64,000 bases of DNA from an uncultured Pelagibacteraceae bacterium. Its GTDB lineage: Bacteria; Pseudomonadota; Alphaproteobacteria; Pelagibacterales; Pelagibacteraceae. Below are positions 41,081-51,434 of this stretch, in pieces (position 1 is the first letter of the stretch; each line of letters begins with the position of its first letter). The translations under genes were made by a program, and so were the position numbers. The notes beneath the pieces are model-generated. The model was not told the origin of the DNA, searched no databases, and saw only the letters and a program-made list of their open reading frames with translations. The stretch spans positions 31,825-95,824 of the forward strand of contig CABZUW010000003.1 of the NCBI GenBank assembly GCA_902529105.1. The letters are read 5' to 3'.

Positions 41081-42052
41081 TTATTGAATATTTGCACTCA
41101 AAATATGGTGAATATGTAAAATACCAATTGTTTTTTTTTTATTATTATTTTTGTGAACACATAAGCTTGTTATTTTATTTTCAGACATAATAGAGAGACT
41201 TTTTGCAGCTAAGGTGTCTTTGTCAATAGAAAGCGGATTCTTAGTCATAATATTTTTAACTTTTAAATTTAAAATATTTCTGGTCTGTTGGTTGGCTCTT
41301 CTTAATTGTCCATCAGTAATTATTCCTGTCGTTAATTTCTTTTTATTAACAGCTATCAGTATTCCGAGTTTTTTTTTTGTAATCAAATTTATTGCTGTTT
41401 TCATGTTACTATTTTCATCTACAAAAGGTATACCATTTTTAGATATCATAAGATCCTCAGCAGTCTTAAGTTGATTACCGATACTACCGTGTGGGTGAAG
41501 TAATTTATATTTCTTCTTATTAAATTTTTTTTTACTTAAGGCTGCAATTGCTAGACAGTCACCTATAGCAATTTGTTCAGTTGTACTGCTAGTTGGAATA
41601 ATACTCAGACCAGCCTCTTTAACCTCTGGTATTAGCAATTTAATATCTGAAGCGTTATATAAAATCGAGCCTTTCTTTGATGTAATTCCGATTAAATTTA
41701 TTTTATTCCTATTGGCGTATTGAATTACAGGTTTTAATTCTTCTGTATTTCCTGAGTTACTGATTATTATCAAAACATCTTTTCTAGATATACTTCCTAA
41801 ATCTCCATGCGAACATTCGTTAGCATTTATTGAAAAAGATGGGCAACCTACTGATGACATGGTGCTACTTACTTTGGATGCTATTAAAAAACTTTTACCT
41901 ACACCACAAACTATGATTTTTGATTTACAATTTACTATTGCCTTTACTGCATCATTAAAAGTTTTTCCAATAGAATTTTTTAACCTCTTTAATGCTAAAA
42001 TTTCTAACTCTAAAACTTTTTCGGCTATTTTTCTTAAGTTGGTATTTTTCAT
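41081..42052 (-). CDS. kdsD: Arabinose-5-phosphate isomerase (KpsF/GutQ family)
   Basis: GVGKS, HGDLG, SNSGNTEE, PTSST, HPHG plus two CBS domains. Confidence 0.93.
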   Translation of the reverse strand: MKNTNLRKIAEKVLELEILALKRLKNSIGKTFNDAVKAIVNCKSKIIVCGVGKSFLIASKVSSTMSSVGCPSFSINANECSHGDLGSISRKDVLIIISNSGNTEELKPVIQYANRNKINLIGITSKKGSILYNASDIKLLIPEVKEAGLSIIPTSSTTEQIAIGDCLAIAALSKKKFNKKKYKLLHPHGSIGNQLKTAEDLMISKNGIPFVDENSNMKTAINLITKKKLGILIAVNKKKLTTGIITDGQLRRANQQTRNILNLKVKNIMTKNPLSIDKDTLAAKSLSIMSENKITSLCVHKNNNKKKTIGILHIHHILSANIQ

Positions 42053-42667
42053 TTAATGATCGAATGTTGAAATTTTGAAGCCTTTTATTTCCATCTCTAC
42101 TAATGTCGGTATCATCTTAATACATCTATTGTAAAGAATTAATCTATTCTCTCTTTTTAATGTTTCTATTAATTTTTCTCTAATTTGAAATAAATATTGT
42201 GTATCTTGTGCTGCGTAATTAATTTGTTTCTCAGTTAAATTGGGATTACCCCAATCACTTTGTTGTTCTTTTTTAGATATATCTTTTCCACATATCTCTT
42301 TTACTAAATCTTTATAGCCATGATATTGACTTGCAGTTCTAGCCATTTTAGAGGCAAGCTTTGTACAAAATATTTTTTTAGGTTCTACATTAAGGTGGTA
42401 CTTCAGCCAAAGTAAATCTTGTCTTGCATAGTGCATAATAAATTCTGCTCCTGGATTAGATAAAAACTTTATCAAATTTGGAGCGTGGTATGTTTCGCGA
42501 TTTAGTTTAACCAAATAAAAATTATTATTTGCCAAACCTAGTTGGACCAATGTGAGGGGATCTCTACCTAAAACTAGACCTAAAGCCTCATTATCAAGTG
42601 CGACTAATTTTTCACCTGATAAATCCAAATCTGAAGGAAGATCATTATTATATATTTTGATATTCAT
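42053..42667 (-). CDS. rnd: Ribonuclease D-like 3'-5' exonuclease (start moved to 42667)
   Basis: ALDNEALGL, HYARQD, CTKLAS, QQSDWG, YAAQD. Confidence 0.88.
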   Translation of the reverse strand: MNIKIYNNDLPSDLDLSGEKLVALDNEALGLVLGRDPLTLVQLGLANNNFYLVKLNRETYHAPNLIKFLSNPGAEFIMHYARQDLLWLKYHLNVEPKKIFCTKLASKMARTASQYHGYKDLVKEICGKDISKKEQQSDWGNPNLTEKQINYAAQDTQYLFQIREKLIETLKRENRLILYNRCIKMIPTLVEMEIKGFKISTFDH

Positions 42668-42713
42668 TTTTAAATTTATATATATATAAATACATAACAA
42701 TATTGTCTAATAA

Positions 42714-43670
42714 ATGGTTAAAAAAAAAATATTAATTTTTGGTGCAACTGGACAGATCGGAAGGCACTTAATAAGAAAATTAACAAAAAACAATTATAAA
42801 GTAATATGTCAGACAAGAAACATTCACAAAGCTATTTTTTTAAAAACTAGCGGATCAATAGGTTATATCGATATTAAAGAGGCTAAGATATTTGATTACG
42901 AAAAAATCAGCGAATTAGTTGACGGTTCAGATATAGTTATAAATTTAATTGGAATATTATATGAAAGTGGAAAAATAAATACATTTGAAAAAATACATAC
43001 ATTATTTCCTAATTTTTTATCTAAAATGTGTAAAAAAAAAAATAAACATTTTATTCATATTTCCTCTCTTGGAGTTGAAAATGCTCATGACTCTAAATAT
43101 GCTATTTCCAAATCCGAGGGTGAAAACAAAATTTTTGAAAATTTGCCAACAGCAACTATATTAAAACCTTCTATAGTTTATTCAGTAAATGACTCATTCA
43201 CTACACGATTTATGAGTTTATTAAATTTTTTTCCTATATTTCCTTTGTACTATGGTGGAAAAACTAAATTTGCGCCTATTCATGCCTCAGATTTAACAAA
43301 TATAATTTTTCAAGTAATTGAAAAAAATATAAAAGGAAAAAAAATTGAAACTATAGGCCCTAAAACTTTATCATTTCAAGAAATTCTAGAGATATTGTCA
43401 AAATGTATAGACAAAAAGAGAGTATTTCTGCCCTTGCCTTTTTTAATTGCTAAAATTTCAGCAAAAATTTTAGAAAAATTGCCAAATCCTCTTTTAACTG
43501 TTGATCAATTAAAATTACTAAAATACGATAATGTTAGTTCTAAAAATAATATAAATAATTTCGACTTAGGAATTCCTAGTGAGATAAATTTTGAGGAGGG
43601 TGTTATGAAGTATGCCTATAACTGGAGAGAAGGAGGACAATTCTCAATTAAGAACTTTAAAAAAAGTTAA
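42714..43670 (+). CDS. Complex I NDUFA9-family NAD(P)-binding protein
   Basis: FGATGQIG, VINLIGILYE, YAISK. Confidence 0.88.
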   Translation: MVKKKILIFGATGQIGRHLIRKLTKNNYKVICQTRNIHKAIFLKTSGSIGYIDIKEAKIFDYEKISELVDGSDIVINLIGILYESGKINTFEKIHTLFPNFLSKMCKKKNKHFIHISSLGVENAHDSKYAISKSEGENKIFENLPTATILKPSIVYSVNDSFTTRFMSLLNFFPIFPLYYGGKTKFAPIHASDLTNIIFQVIEKNIKGKKIETIGPKTLSFQEILEILSKCIDKKRVFLPLPFLIAKISAKILEKLPNPLLTVDQLKLLKYDNVSSKNNINNFDLGIPSEINFEEGVMKYAYNWREGGQFSIKNFKKS

Positions 43671-43676
43671 AACAAT

Positions 43677-43922
43677 ATGTTAGCAAACATCATCTATATA
43701 GTCGTAGCATTAATCTTAATTTTTGTTTTATATTTAGCTGTTAAAGCTATAACAAGAGGTGTTGAGGCAAAAAGTGAGTTGTCAAAAGAGAAAGATGAAA
43801 ATGATATTAATGAATTAAAACAAGATCTTTCAGATGAAATTTCTAAGTTAAAAAAAATGCATGACGATGGAGTAATTACTGAAGAAGAATTTAAAAAGGC
43901 GAAGGAAAAGATTTTAAAATAG
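43677..43922 (+). CDS. SHOCT-domain membrane protein
   Basis: N-terminal TM helix plus LKKMHDDGVITEEEFKKAKEKIL. Confidence 0.85.
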   Translation: MLANIIYIVVALILIFVLYLAVKAITRGVEAKSELSKEKDENDINELKQDLSDEISKLKKMHDDGVITEEEFKKAKEKILK

Positions 43923-43927
43923 TTTTA

Positions 43928-44425
43928 TCAGGCAGACTTTATTTTTTTCTCTATAAATTTTGGTACTTCGTCTTTCTCAACAACTTCTTCTTTTTTGCCC
44001 CGAGGTTGAAAAATCATTATAAGGTGCAGAGGGCAATAAGAAAATTTTTCAACATTCTTCCTGCCGCAAAAAGAGGACCCCTCTTCATCCGGATGACCCT
44101 CCATATATTTGCAAGTGTTTTCGTTTAATTCTTCTAACTGTAAGTTTTTTGCAGGTTCAAAGTTTTTATCTAATAAAAGAGATTGAAACTTAAATTTTCG
44201 GCTCTTTCTTACTCTAGGCGAATTGCCAAGGTTAGAATTATTTTTTATATTATTAGTCGCAATAGTTGTTCTTGTTTTAATTTTAGCACTTAAATTCAAA
44301 CGATGTGCTTTACCAATCACTGCGTTTCTGCTTACTCCACCAATTATTTCTGCAATTTGGCTAGCAGTTTTGCCTCTGCCCCATAAATCCTTTAATGTTT
44401 TAACTTTTTCTTCAGTCCAGCTCAT
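43928..44425 (-). CDS. gcrA: GcrA cell-cycle regulator
   Basis: MSWTEEKV..L..LW, SRNAVIGKAHRL, TCK..G.P, FCG, YCPLH. Confidence 0.94.
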   Translation of the reverse strand: MSWTEEKVKTLKDLWGRGKTASQIAEIIGGVSRNAVIGKAHRLNLSAKIKTRTTIATNNIKNNSNLGNSPRVRKSRKFKFQSLLLDKNFEPAKNLQLEELNENTCKYMEGHPDEEGSSFCGRKNVEKFSYCPLHLIMIFQPRGKKEEVVEKDEVPKFIEKKIKSA

Positions 44426-44542
44426 ATATCTATATAAGGTACATATAATTTTAACATTAACAATATATAGCTATTAGCAATATGATATAATAACAAGCAA
44501 ATTTTTTAATTTATTAACACTTTTTATCATTTATAGAAAAGA

Positions 44543-45352
44543 ATGAGTCAAATTAATAACAAATACAAGATCGGAGTAAGAAGATTCAATATTAATTGGG
44601 TAGGTGTAAAATCATTAGTTTTGAAAGAAAACTTAAGATTTTTATCTGTAGCTGGTCAAACAATCGTTGGACCAATAATAACAGCAATTCTATTTTTGAC
44701 AGTTATTAATTTAGCAATTGGCGAAAGTAGATCAGATGTATTAGGAGTTGTATTTATTAATTTTTTAGCTCCTGGTTTAATTGCCATGCAAATTATATCT
44801 CAATCATTCGCTCATACCTCTTCATCAATCCTTATGGGTAAAGTAATGGGGAACATTGTAGATTTAATAGGAGCCCCTTTGTCCTCTGCAGAGGTGACTT
44901 TATCAATTATATCTGCATCAATAACACGTGCAATAATTATAACATTCCTTTCAATAATTATTTTTTCTTCATTTATTAATTTGAAAATTGAACACCCATT
45001 GGTTCTGGTAACATATCTGATTTTATCGTCGTTTATTTTAGGTGCAGCAGGCATATGTGCTGGACTTTGGGCAGATAAATTTGACAACATGGCGACTATT
45101 ACAAATTTTGTAATAGTTCCCTTATCTTTTCTGTCTGGTACTTTTTATTCTGTTAGTGAATTACCAAGCATACTTAAGACATTAAGTTATTATAATCCCT
45201 TTTTTTATATGATTGATGGATTTAGATTTGCCTTTATTGGTCAATCTGATGGATCAATTATGATTGGAATATGTTATTTATTAATTTTAGCTTTCATATC
45301 CTGGTTTATATCTTACCTGCTTTATAAAGAAGGTTATAAAATAAAATCCTAA
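44543..45352 (+). CDS. ABC-2 type transporter permease
   Basis: Six TM helices, FLAPGL, PLSFLSGTFY, NPFFYMIDGFR. Confidence 0.9.
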   Translation: MSQINNKYKIGVRRFNINWVGVKSLVLKENLRFLSVAGQTIVGPIITAILFLTVINLAIGESRSDVLGVVFINFLAPGLIAMQIISQSFAHTSSSILMGKVMGNIVDLIGAPLSSAEVTLSIISASITRAIIITFLSIIIFSSFINLKIEHPLVLVTYLILSSFILGAAGICAGLWADKFDNMATITNFVIVPLSFLSGTFYSVSELPSILKTLSYYNPFFYMIDGFRFAFIGQSDGSIMIGICYLLILAFISWFISYLLYKEGYKIKS

Positions 45353-45355
45353 ATT

Positions 45356-46522
45356 ATGAGTTATTTAGCAAAAAATTATAATAGAAAAAATATTGCCTTT
45401 AAATATGGAAAAGGAAGCTATCTTTACGCAACAAATGGAAAAAAATATCTTGATTTCGTCAGCGGTATTGCTGTCAACTCTTTAGGTCACTCCCATCCAA
45501 AATTAATAAATGCTTTAAAAAAACAATCAAAAAAAATTTGGCACATATCTAATGCATTTCAAATTCCTGAGGGAGAAAAGTTAGCCAAAAAACTTTGCAA
45601 AAAAACTTTTGCTGATTATGTAATATTTCAGAATAGCGGCGCTGAAGCGACAGAAGCTGCTATAAAGGTTGCGAGAAGATATTTTTACTCTATCGGCAAG
45701 CCTCACAAATATGAAATTTTATGTGTAAAAAATTCTTTTCACGGCAGAACAATTGCTGCAATTTTTGCAAGTGGATCAAAGAAAATGACAGAGGGATTTG
45801 GTCCAAAATTACCTGGATTTACTACATTTGTATTTGGAGATCACAAAGCTTTGAAAAAAAAGATTAATAAAAAAACTGCAGCAATAATGGTCGAGCCAAT
45901 CATGGGAGAGGGTGGTATTAAAGAAATACCTGTTTGGTGTCTTCAAGAATTAAGAAAATTATGCAACAAGAAAAAAATATTATTAATTCTTGACGAAGTA
46001 CAATGTGGAATTTCAAGATCTGGTGATTTTTTTGCTTTTGAAAAATCAAAAATTAAACCTGATATAGTTCCAATTGCAAAGGGAATTGGTGGGGGATTTC
46101 CAATTGGTGCTGTATTAATGAATAAAAAGGTTGCTTCAGGTATGATACCTGGTACTCACGGATCTACTTTCGGAGGAAATCCTTTAGCTATGGTAGTAGG
46201 AAACGCTGTAATGGATGTGGTTTCGAGTAAAAGGTTTTTAAAAAATGTTAAAACTTTATCAAAATATTTTTTATCAAGTTTAAACAATTTAAAAGATAAA
46301 TATCCTAAAATTATTAAAGAGATTAGAGGTAGAGGATTGCTAATAGGCATACAACTTAAAAAAGATCAGACAAAGTTTATAGAGAAATTAATGGATAATG
46401 GATTGTTAACTATAAGAGCAGGTGAGAACGTTATTAGAATTTTACCTCCTCTGAATGTTAAAAAAAAAGAATTAGATTTAGCTTTAAAAATTATAAATCA
46501 GGTATGTAAAAAATTTAATTAA
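45356..46522 (+). CDS. argD: Acetylornithine aminotransferase
   Basis: NSGAEA, SFHGRT, LDEVQCG, AKGIGGG, HGSTFGGNP; upstream of argF. Confidence 0.93.
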   Translation: MSYLAKNYNRKNIAFKYGKGSYLYATNGKKYLDFVSGIAVNSLGHSHPKLINALKKQSKKIWHISNAFQIPEGEKLAKKLCKKTFADYVIFQNSGAEATEAAIKVARRYFYSIGKPHKYEILCVKNSFHGRTIAAIFASGSKKMTEGFGPKLPGFTTFVFGDHKALKKKINKKTAAIMVEPIMGEGGIKEIPVWCLQELRKLCNKKKILLILDEVQCGISRSGDFFAFEKSKIKPDIVPIAKGIGGGFPIGAVLMNKKVASGMIPGTHGSTFGGNPLAMVVGNAVMDVVSSKRFLKNVKTLSKYFLSSLNNLKDKYPKIIKEIRGRGLLIGIQLKKDQTKFIEKLMDNGLLTIRAGENVIRILPPLNVKKKELDLALKIINQVCKKFN

Positions 46523-46523
46523 A

Positions 46524-47453
46524 ATGAGACATTTTATTAATTTGCATGATATTCCTGCCGGTGATTTGAGAAAAATTATAAAAGATGCAAAGAAAAGAAA
46601 GACTTTGAGAAATAGATTAAAAAATCTAGATGTAGATCTAGACGCTCCATTAAAAGGAAATTTATTAATTCAAATGTTTGAAAAATCCAGTCTACGCACA
46701 AGATTGAGTTTTTATTTAGCAATTAAGCAGCTAGGGGGTAGTACCCTAACACTAAGACCTGATGAATTGCATTTATCAAAGGGAGGAGAAAGTATAGCAG
46801 ACACTGCAAAAATTCTATCAAATTTTGGTAATGTTTTTATGCTTAGAACGGATAATGATGCAAAACTTGAGGAATTTAAAAAATATTTATCAATCCCAAT
46901 TATCAATGGATTAAGTCCATCGTCTCATCCAACCCAAATTTTGTCAGATATTTTTACGATTGAGGAAATAAAAAAGAAACAAATATCGAAATTAAATATT
47001 GCTTGGATAGGGGATTCTAACAACGTTTTAAATTCTTTAATTGCTGCATCTATAAAATTTTCATTTGTGTTAAAAATAGGTTGTCCAAAAAAATATCAAC
47101 CAAATAAAAATATTATGAAATATATCAATAAAAATAAAAATAAGATTTTCATTTACAACAATCCAAGACAAGCAGCTCATGGTGCAGATGTAGTCTTTTC
47201 AGACAAAGTGATATCAATGAATGATAAGGTTAATAAAAAAAATAAACTAAATCAATTCAAAAAATTTAGAATTGACAGAAAACTTTTAAGCTTCGCTAAT
47301 AAAGATTGCATATTTTTACATTGTTTACCAAGAGGAGCCGAAGTAGACGAAGAAGTGTTTGCCAGTCGAAAGTCTAAAGTTTGGCAACAAGCCTCTAATA
47401 GAATACATGTTCAGAAATCTATATTACTTTATTGTCTTAATAAATTAAGGTAG
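46524..47453 (+). CDS. argF: Ornithine carbamoyltransferase
   Basis: SLRTR, HPTQ, GDSNNV, HCLP. Confidence 0.93.
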   Translation: MRHFINLHDIPAGDLRKIIKDAKKRKTLRNRLKNLDVDLDAPLKGNLLIQMFEKSSLRTRLSFYLAIKQLGGSTLTLRPDELHLSKGGESIADTAKILSNFGNVFMLRTDNDAKLEEFKKYLSIPIINGLSPSSHPTQILSDIFTIEEIKKKQISKLNIAWIGDSNNVLNSLIAASIKFSFVLKIGCPKKYQPNKNIMKYINKNKNKIFIYNNPRQAAHGADVVFSDKVISMNDKVNKKNKLNQFKKFRIDRKLLSFANKDCIFLHCLPRGAEVDEEVFASRKSKVWQQASNRIHVQKSILLYCLNKLR

Positions 47454-47960
47454 GGGTATTGGTTGATCTGAGCTCTCATTCATATACAATATTACACTCG
47501 ATCTATCTTTCTCATCTTTTAATCCAGCGAAACCCATCTTATTTCCTTTTATCCATGTTGCAGGTTTGAGAAGAAATCCATTTAGTTCTGCAAACGACCA
47601 TGTCTTTCCATGATTTATCAAAGCTTTAGAATAATTATAGTCAGATAACTCTCCCGACTTTCTCTGCATTACCGACCAAAGAGCTGGACCAATTTTGTTT
47701 TTTCCACCTTGTTTAATGCTATGACAGGCTGCACATTTTTTAAAAACTTTTTTTCCATGCTCGACATCACCAAGTGAAACAAAAGATGCTAAATCAAATA
47801 CTTTTTCTGAGGTAGCAGTTTTTTCTTTTTCTATTATCTCAACCTTATATGCAACGACATTCTCGTCTGTTTTAAATATAAAATTACTTAATTTAGCAAT
47901 TCCAATTACTACTAAAACTACCAAAAGAACTGAAGTTATTAATTTTTGAAATTCGTACAT
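47445..47960 (-). CDS. Membrane-anchored cytochrome c (c2/cM type)
   Basis: N-terminal TM helix, CAACH, KIGPAL, GNKMGFAG. Confidence 0.92.
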   Translation of the reverse strand: MYEFQKLITSVLLVVLVVIGIAKLSNFIFKTDENVVAYKVEIIEKEKTATSEKVFDLASFVSLGDVEHGKKVFKKCAACHSIKQGGKNKIGPALWSVMQRKSGELSDYNYSKALINHGKTWSFAELNGFLLKPATWIKGNKMGFAGLKDEKDRSSVILYMNESSDQPIPLP

Positions 47961-48024
47961 TATAATATAATAATTCGTATAACATTAATATTATTAAAAA
48001 AACAAAATTTTTTGATATTTTTTT

Positions 48025-48041
48025 TGCGTCTGAAAGACGCA
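48025..48041. promoter_or_regulatory. Putative RegA/RegR binding site
   Basis: TGCGTCT-GAA-AGACGCA palindrome in an AT-rich divergent spacer; fits GCGnC-N5-GnCGC. Confidence 0.55.
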
Positions 48042-48056
48042 TAATTATAAAACAAT

Positions 48057-48809
48057 ATGCCAAAAGTAGTTATTTTAATCCCCTCGAGATATTCCGCAAG
48101 TAGATTGCCCGGAAAACCTCTTTTAAAGGTAAAAGGCATTCCAATGATAGCTCATGTATATAAAAAAGCAAAAGAAACTAAAATAGGACAAATCTATGTG
48201 GTAACAGGTGATATACAAATATTTAAAGCATTAAAAAAATTTACAAATAACTGCATAATAACAAAAAAAAAACATAGAACAGGCACTGATAGAATTTATG
48301 AGGGGGCAAATAAGTTGAGATTAAATAAAAATGACTATGTAGTAAATCTTCAAGGTGACGAGCCTTTAATTTCGGTTAAAGATATAAATAGACTTATTAA
48401 AGTAATAGTTAAAAAAAATTTAAAAATTGGAACCTTAGCGTGTAAAATTAATAAAGATACAGTCAAACAAAAATTCAATGACAAAAATATAGTAAAAGTT
48501 CAAACTTACAAAAAAATAAACAAAAAAATTATTTCTGAGGCAAAGAATTTTTTTAGAATTGTAAAAAAAAATAAAAGTAAAAATTTTTATCAACATGTAG
48601 GAATCTATATATACAAATTTGACATACTTAAATTATTTGTCTCACTTAAACAAACTTTACGAGAAAAAAAATTAAAACTTGAACAATTAAGGGCTTTAGA
48701 TAATCAAATTCCTATAAATGTTGTTCTAGCCGAAACAAAACCTATGGGTATAGATACAAAGGCAGATTTCGTAAAATTTAAAAATTTATTGGAAAGAAAT
48801 AATTTATAG
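48057..48809 (+). CDS. kdsB: 3-deoxy-manno-octulosonate cytidylyltransferase
   Basis: IPSRY.ASRLPGKPL, TGTDR, NLQGDEP, HVGIY, LEQLRAL. Confidence 0.96.
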   Translation: MPKVVILIPSRYSASRLPGKPLLKVKGIPMIAHVYKKAKETKIGQIYVVTGDIQIFKALKKFTNNCIITKKKHRTGTDRIYEGANKLRLNKNDYVVNLQGDEPLISVKDINRLIKVIVKKNLKIGTLACKINKDTVKQKFNDKNIVKVQTYKKINKKIISEAKNFFRIVKKNKSKNFYQHVGIYIYKFDILKLFVSLKQTLREKKLKLEQLRALDNQIPINVVLAETKPMGIDTKADFVKFKNLLERNNL

Positions 48810-48822
48810 AATATAAGATGCT

Positions 48823-49656
48823 ATGAAATTTGCTTACCAAGGAATTCCAGGATCTTACAGCGAAAGTTGTATAAAAGAAAATTATCCAGATTGCGAAAAA
48901 ACTATATCTTGCAGAACTTTTCAGGATGCTTTTGAACTTGCAAGAAATAATAATAATGTAAAAGCTTTAGTGCCAGAGCAAAATCAATTAATTGGCTCAA
49001 TAAATATTGAAACACTTATATTAAAATATAGACTTAATATTGTTGCAGAACATTTTTTTAAAATTAATCACAGTCTTCTTGGAATTACAGGAGCTCAATT
49101 AAAAGATATCAAAAACGTTTATTCACACACAGCAGCGTTAAGTCAAACCAATTCATTTATACGAGCAAACAATTTTACTGAAAATGTAATGGCAGATACA
49201 GCCGGAAGTGCTGCTTATGTTGCTAAACAAAAAGATAAGTCGAAGGCTGCTATAGCATCACTGCATAGTGCAGAAATATATGGCTTAGAGGTTCTAAGCT
49301 CAAAAATTCAAGATGAGGAAGAAAATTATACGAGATTTTTAGTTTTTCAAAAAGATGTTGCTCAACCAGATTTTCATAAAAATGAAAAATATATTACATC
49401 ATTTTTATTTAAATTAAAAAATAAGCCATCTGCTCTTTTCCAGTCTTTAACAGGAATGAGTCTGAGACATGTGGATATGACTAAATTACAATCATTCCCC
49501 GAGAAGGGAACTTTTTCGTCATATTTCTTTTTTTGTGAAGTTCAAGGTCATATTGTAGAAGAAAAAATTTCAGGTGCTTTGAGCGATTTAGAACTGCATT
49601 GTTCAGAGTTTCAATTGCTAGGTGTGTTTAAACAATCACCTTTTCGAAACAGATGA
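48823..49656 (+). CDS. pheA: Prephenate dehydratase
   Basis: AYQG..GSYSE, YSH..ALSQ, DTAGSA, NYTRF plus ACT domain. Confidence 0.93.
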   Translation: MKFAYQGIPGSYSESCIKENYPDCEKTISCRTFQDAFELARNNNNVKALVPEQNQLIGSINIETLILKYRLNIVAEHFFKINHSLLGITGAQLKDIKNVYSHTAALSQTNSFIRANNFTENVMADTAGSAAYVAKQKDKSKAAIASLHSAEIYGLEVLSSKIQDEEENYTRFLVFQKDVAQPDFHKNEKYITSFLFKLKNKPSALFQSLTGMSLRHVDMTKLQSFPEKGTFSSYFFFCEVQGHIVEEKISGALSDLELHCSEFQLLGVFKQSPFRNR

Positions 49657-49691
49657 AATGATATAAATTATTTTTTATAAAAAAAATAAGC

Positions 49692-49700
49692 TGATATAAT
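49692..49700 (+). promoter_or_regulatory. Extended -10 element of the ffs-dnaX promoter
   Basis: TGaTATAAT ends 6 nt before the SRP RNA 5' end. Confidence 0.55.
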
Positions 49701-49706
49701 GTTTTT

Positions 49707-49790
49707 GGGTCAATCAGGTGAATATACGGTCAATCCTGCCAGGTTCGAAAGAAAGCAACAGTAACCAGTATTTTTCAGGTTGATTGGCCC
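49707..49790 (+). ncRNA. ffs: Signal recognition particle RNA (4.5S)
   Basis: Terminal stem GGGTCAATC/GATTGGCCC; helix-8 core CAGGTTCGAAAGAAAGCAAC; directly upstream of dnaX. Confidence 0.9.
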
Positions 49791-49799
49791 TACAAATTT

Positions 49800-51434
49800 A
49801 TGAAAAATTCTGAAGTTTTAGCACTTAAGTATAGACCAAAAAGTCTTAAAGATTTAATCGGTCAGGATATTGTTGCTAAAACTATTTTTAATTCAATCAA
49901 AAACAACAAAATTCCAAATGCTTATTTGTTTCATGGAATAAGAGGAACAGGTAAAACTAGTATTGCTCGGATTATTGCAAAAAGCCTTAATTGTGAAAAA
50001 GGAATTGAGAATTTATGCGAGAAAAATTTTTGTTCAAATTGCGAAGCAATTTCAAATTCAAATCATTTAGATGTAATAGAACAAGATTGCGCGACTGCAA
50101 CAGGAATAGACTCCGTGCGGGATTTGATTGAATTTTGCAGATACCCACCTTCACAAGGTAAATTTAAAGTTTTAATTTTAGATGAAATCCAAGCAATGTC
50201 AAAAGCAGGCGCACAGTCTTTATTAAAAATTTTAGAGGAACCACCACCGTATGTTAAATTTATATTTTGTACAACAGAAATAAAGAAAATTCTGATAACT
50301 TTACTTTCGAGATGTTCTAGGTTTGATCTACAGAGAGTTAATTTTGAAATGTTATTTCAACATTTAAAAAAAATATCAATTTTAGAAAAAGGAAAAATAA
50401 CAGATGAAGCTATTAGACTTATTTGCAAATGCTCTGAGGGCAGTGTTAGAGATGCTCTTTCACTATTAGATAGAGCACTATTAAGTACTAATGATAGTGT
50501 AATGGATTTGAATTTAGCTCAAAAAATTTTTGGACACTTTGACAAAACATTAATAATAGATTTATTAAAATATGTATTAGAAGGAAACGAGGAAAAAGCT
50601 ATAGAAAAATATAAGACAATTTTTGATTTTGGTATAGAGCCCAACATTTTCTTAAATGATTTTTTAGAAATACTATATTACCTAAAAAATATAAACTTAA
50701 TTAATTTAAGCGGTAACAGTTTTGATATGACCGAAAATAATTATAAAGAATTGAAAAATTTGAGTAAACAAATAGAAACTAAGACTTTGATTTTATTTTG
50801 GCAGTTCACAATAAAGACTTTAGATGAAATCAGTATCGTTTCTAATCAAGACATAGCTATAGAAATGTTTATAATTAGATTGTTACATTTAAAAGAAAGA
50901 AAAAAAATTGAAGCTTCTGATAATATAGAAGATAAAAATTTTGAAAAAAATAAAAATCTTGAGTTTGCAAGCAGCTTAAAGAATAAAGATAAGAATGACT
51001 TGATAAACCAAATAAAAAATATTGCTCAAAAAGAAGAACCACAAACCAATATTGAAAACGTAAATATCAAAGATATAAATTCATTTAAAAATTTAATTGA
51101 AGTCTGTACTGAAAAAAAAGAAATGAATCTTAAATATGATTTAGAAACAAATGTAAACCTTGTCAGTTTCGAAAAAAACAGGATTGAGATTTCATTTAAT
51201 GAAAATTTGAAAAAAGATTTTATTAAAACTTTATCCTCAAAACTTTATGAATGGACAAATAATAGATGGATTATTTCTCTGTCAAAAAATCAAGGATCAA
51301 AATCAGTCAAAGAAAAACAACTAATTGTTGACAGCAATGAAATGGATGAATTCAAAAAAACTAAAGCTTATAAAAAAATAAAGGACATATTTGAGGACTC
51401 AAAGCTGTCAAAAATTGAAAACATAAAATTATGA
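49800..51434 (+). CDS. dnaX: DNA polymerase III subunit gamma/tau
   Basis: LALKYRP, GIRGTGKTS, zinc-binding Cys, LDE, SRC, GSVRDALSLLD. Confidence 0.95.
   Translation: MKNSEVLALKYRPKSLKDLIGQDIVAKTIFNSIKNNKIPNAYLFHGIRGTGKTSIARIIAKSLNCEKGIENLCEKNFCSNCEAISNSNHLDVIEQDCATATGIDSVRDLIEFCRYPPSQGKFKVLILDEIQAMSKAGAQSLLKILEEPPPYVKFIFCTTEIKKILITLLSRCSRFDLQRVNFEMLFQHLKKISILEKGKITDEAIRLICKCSEGSVRDALSLLDRALLSTNDSVMDLNLAQKIFGHFDKTLIIDLLKYVLEGNEEKAIEKYKTIFDFGIEPNIFLNDFLEILYYLKNINLINLSGNSFDMTENNYKELKNLSKQIETKTLILFWQFTIKTLDEISIVSNQDIAIEMFIIRLLHLKERKKIEASDNIEDKNFEKNKNLEFASSLKNKDKNDLINQIKNIAQKEEPQTNIENVNIKDINSFKNLIEVCTEKKEMNLKYDLETNVNLVSFEKNRIEISFNENLKKDFIKTLSSKLYEWTNNRWIISLSKNQGSKSVKEKQLIVDSNEMDEFKKTKAYKKIKDIFEDSKLSKIENIKL

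Noticed and set aside
49800-51434. Programmed dnaX frameshift
   Set aside because: A-runs are everywhere in this genome and no stimulatory SD or hairpin could be identified.
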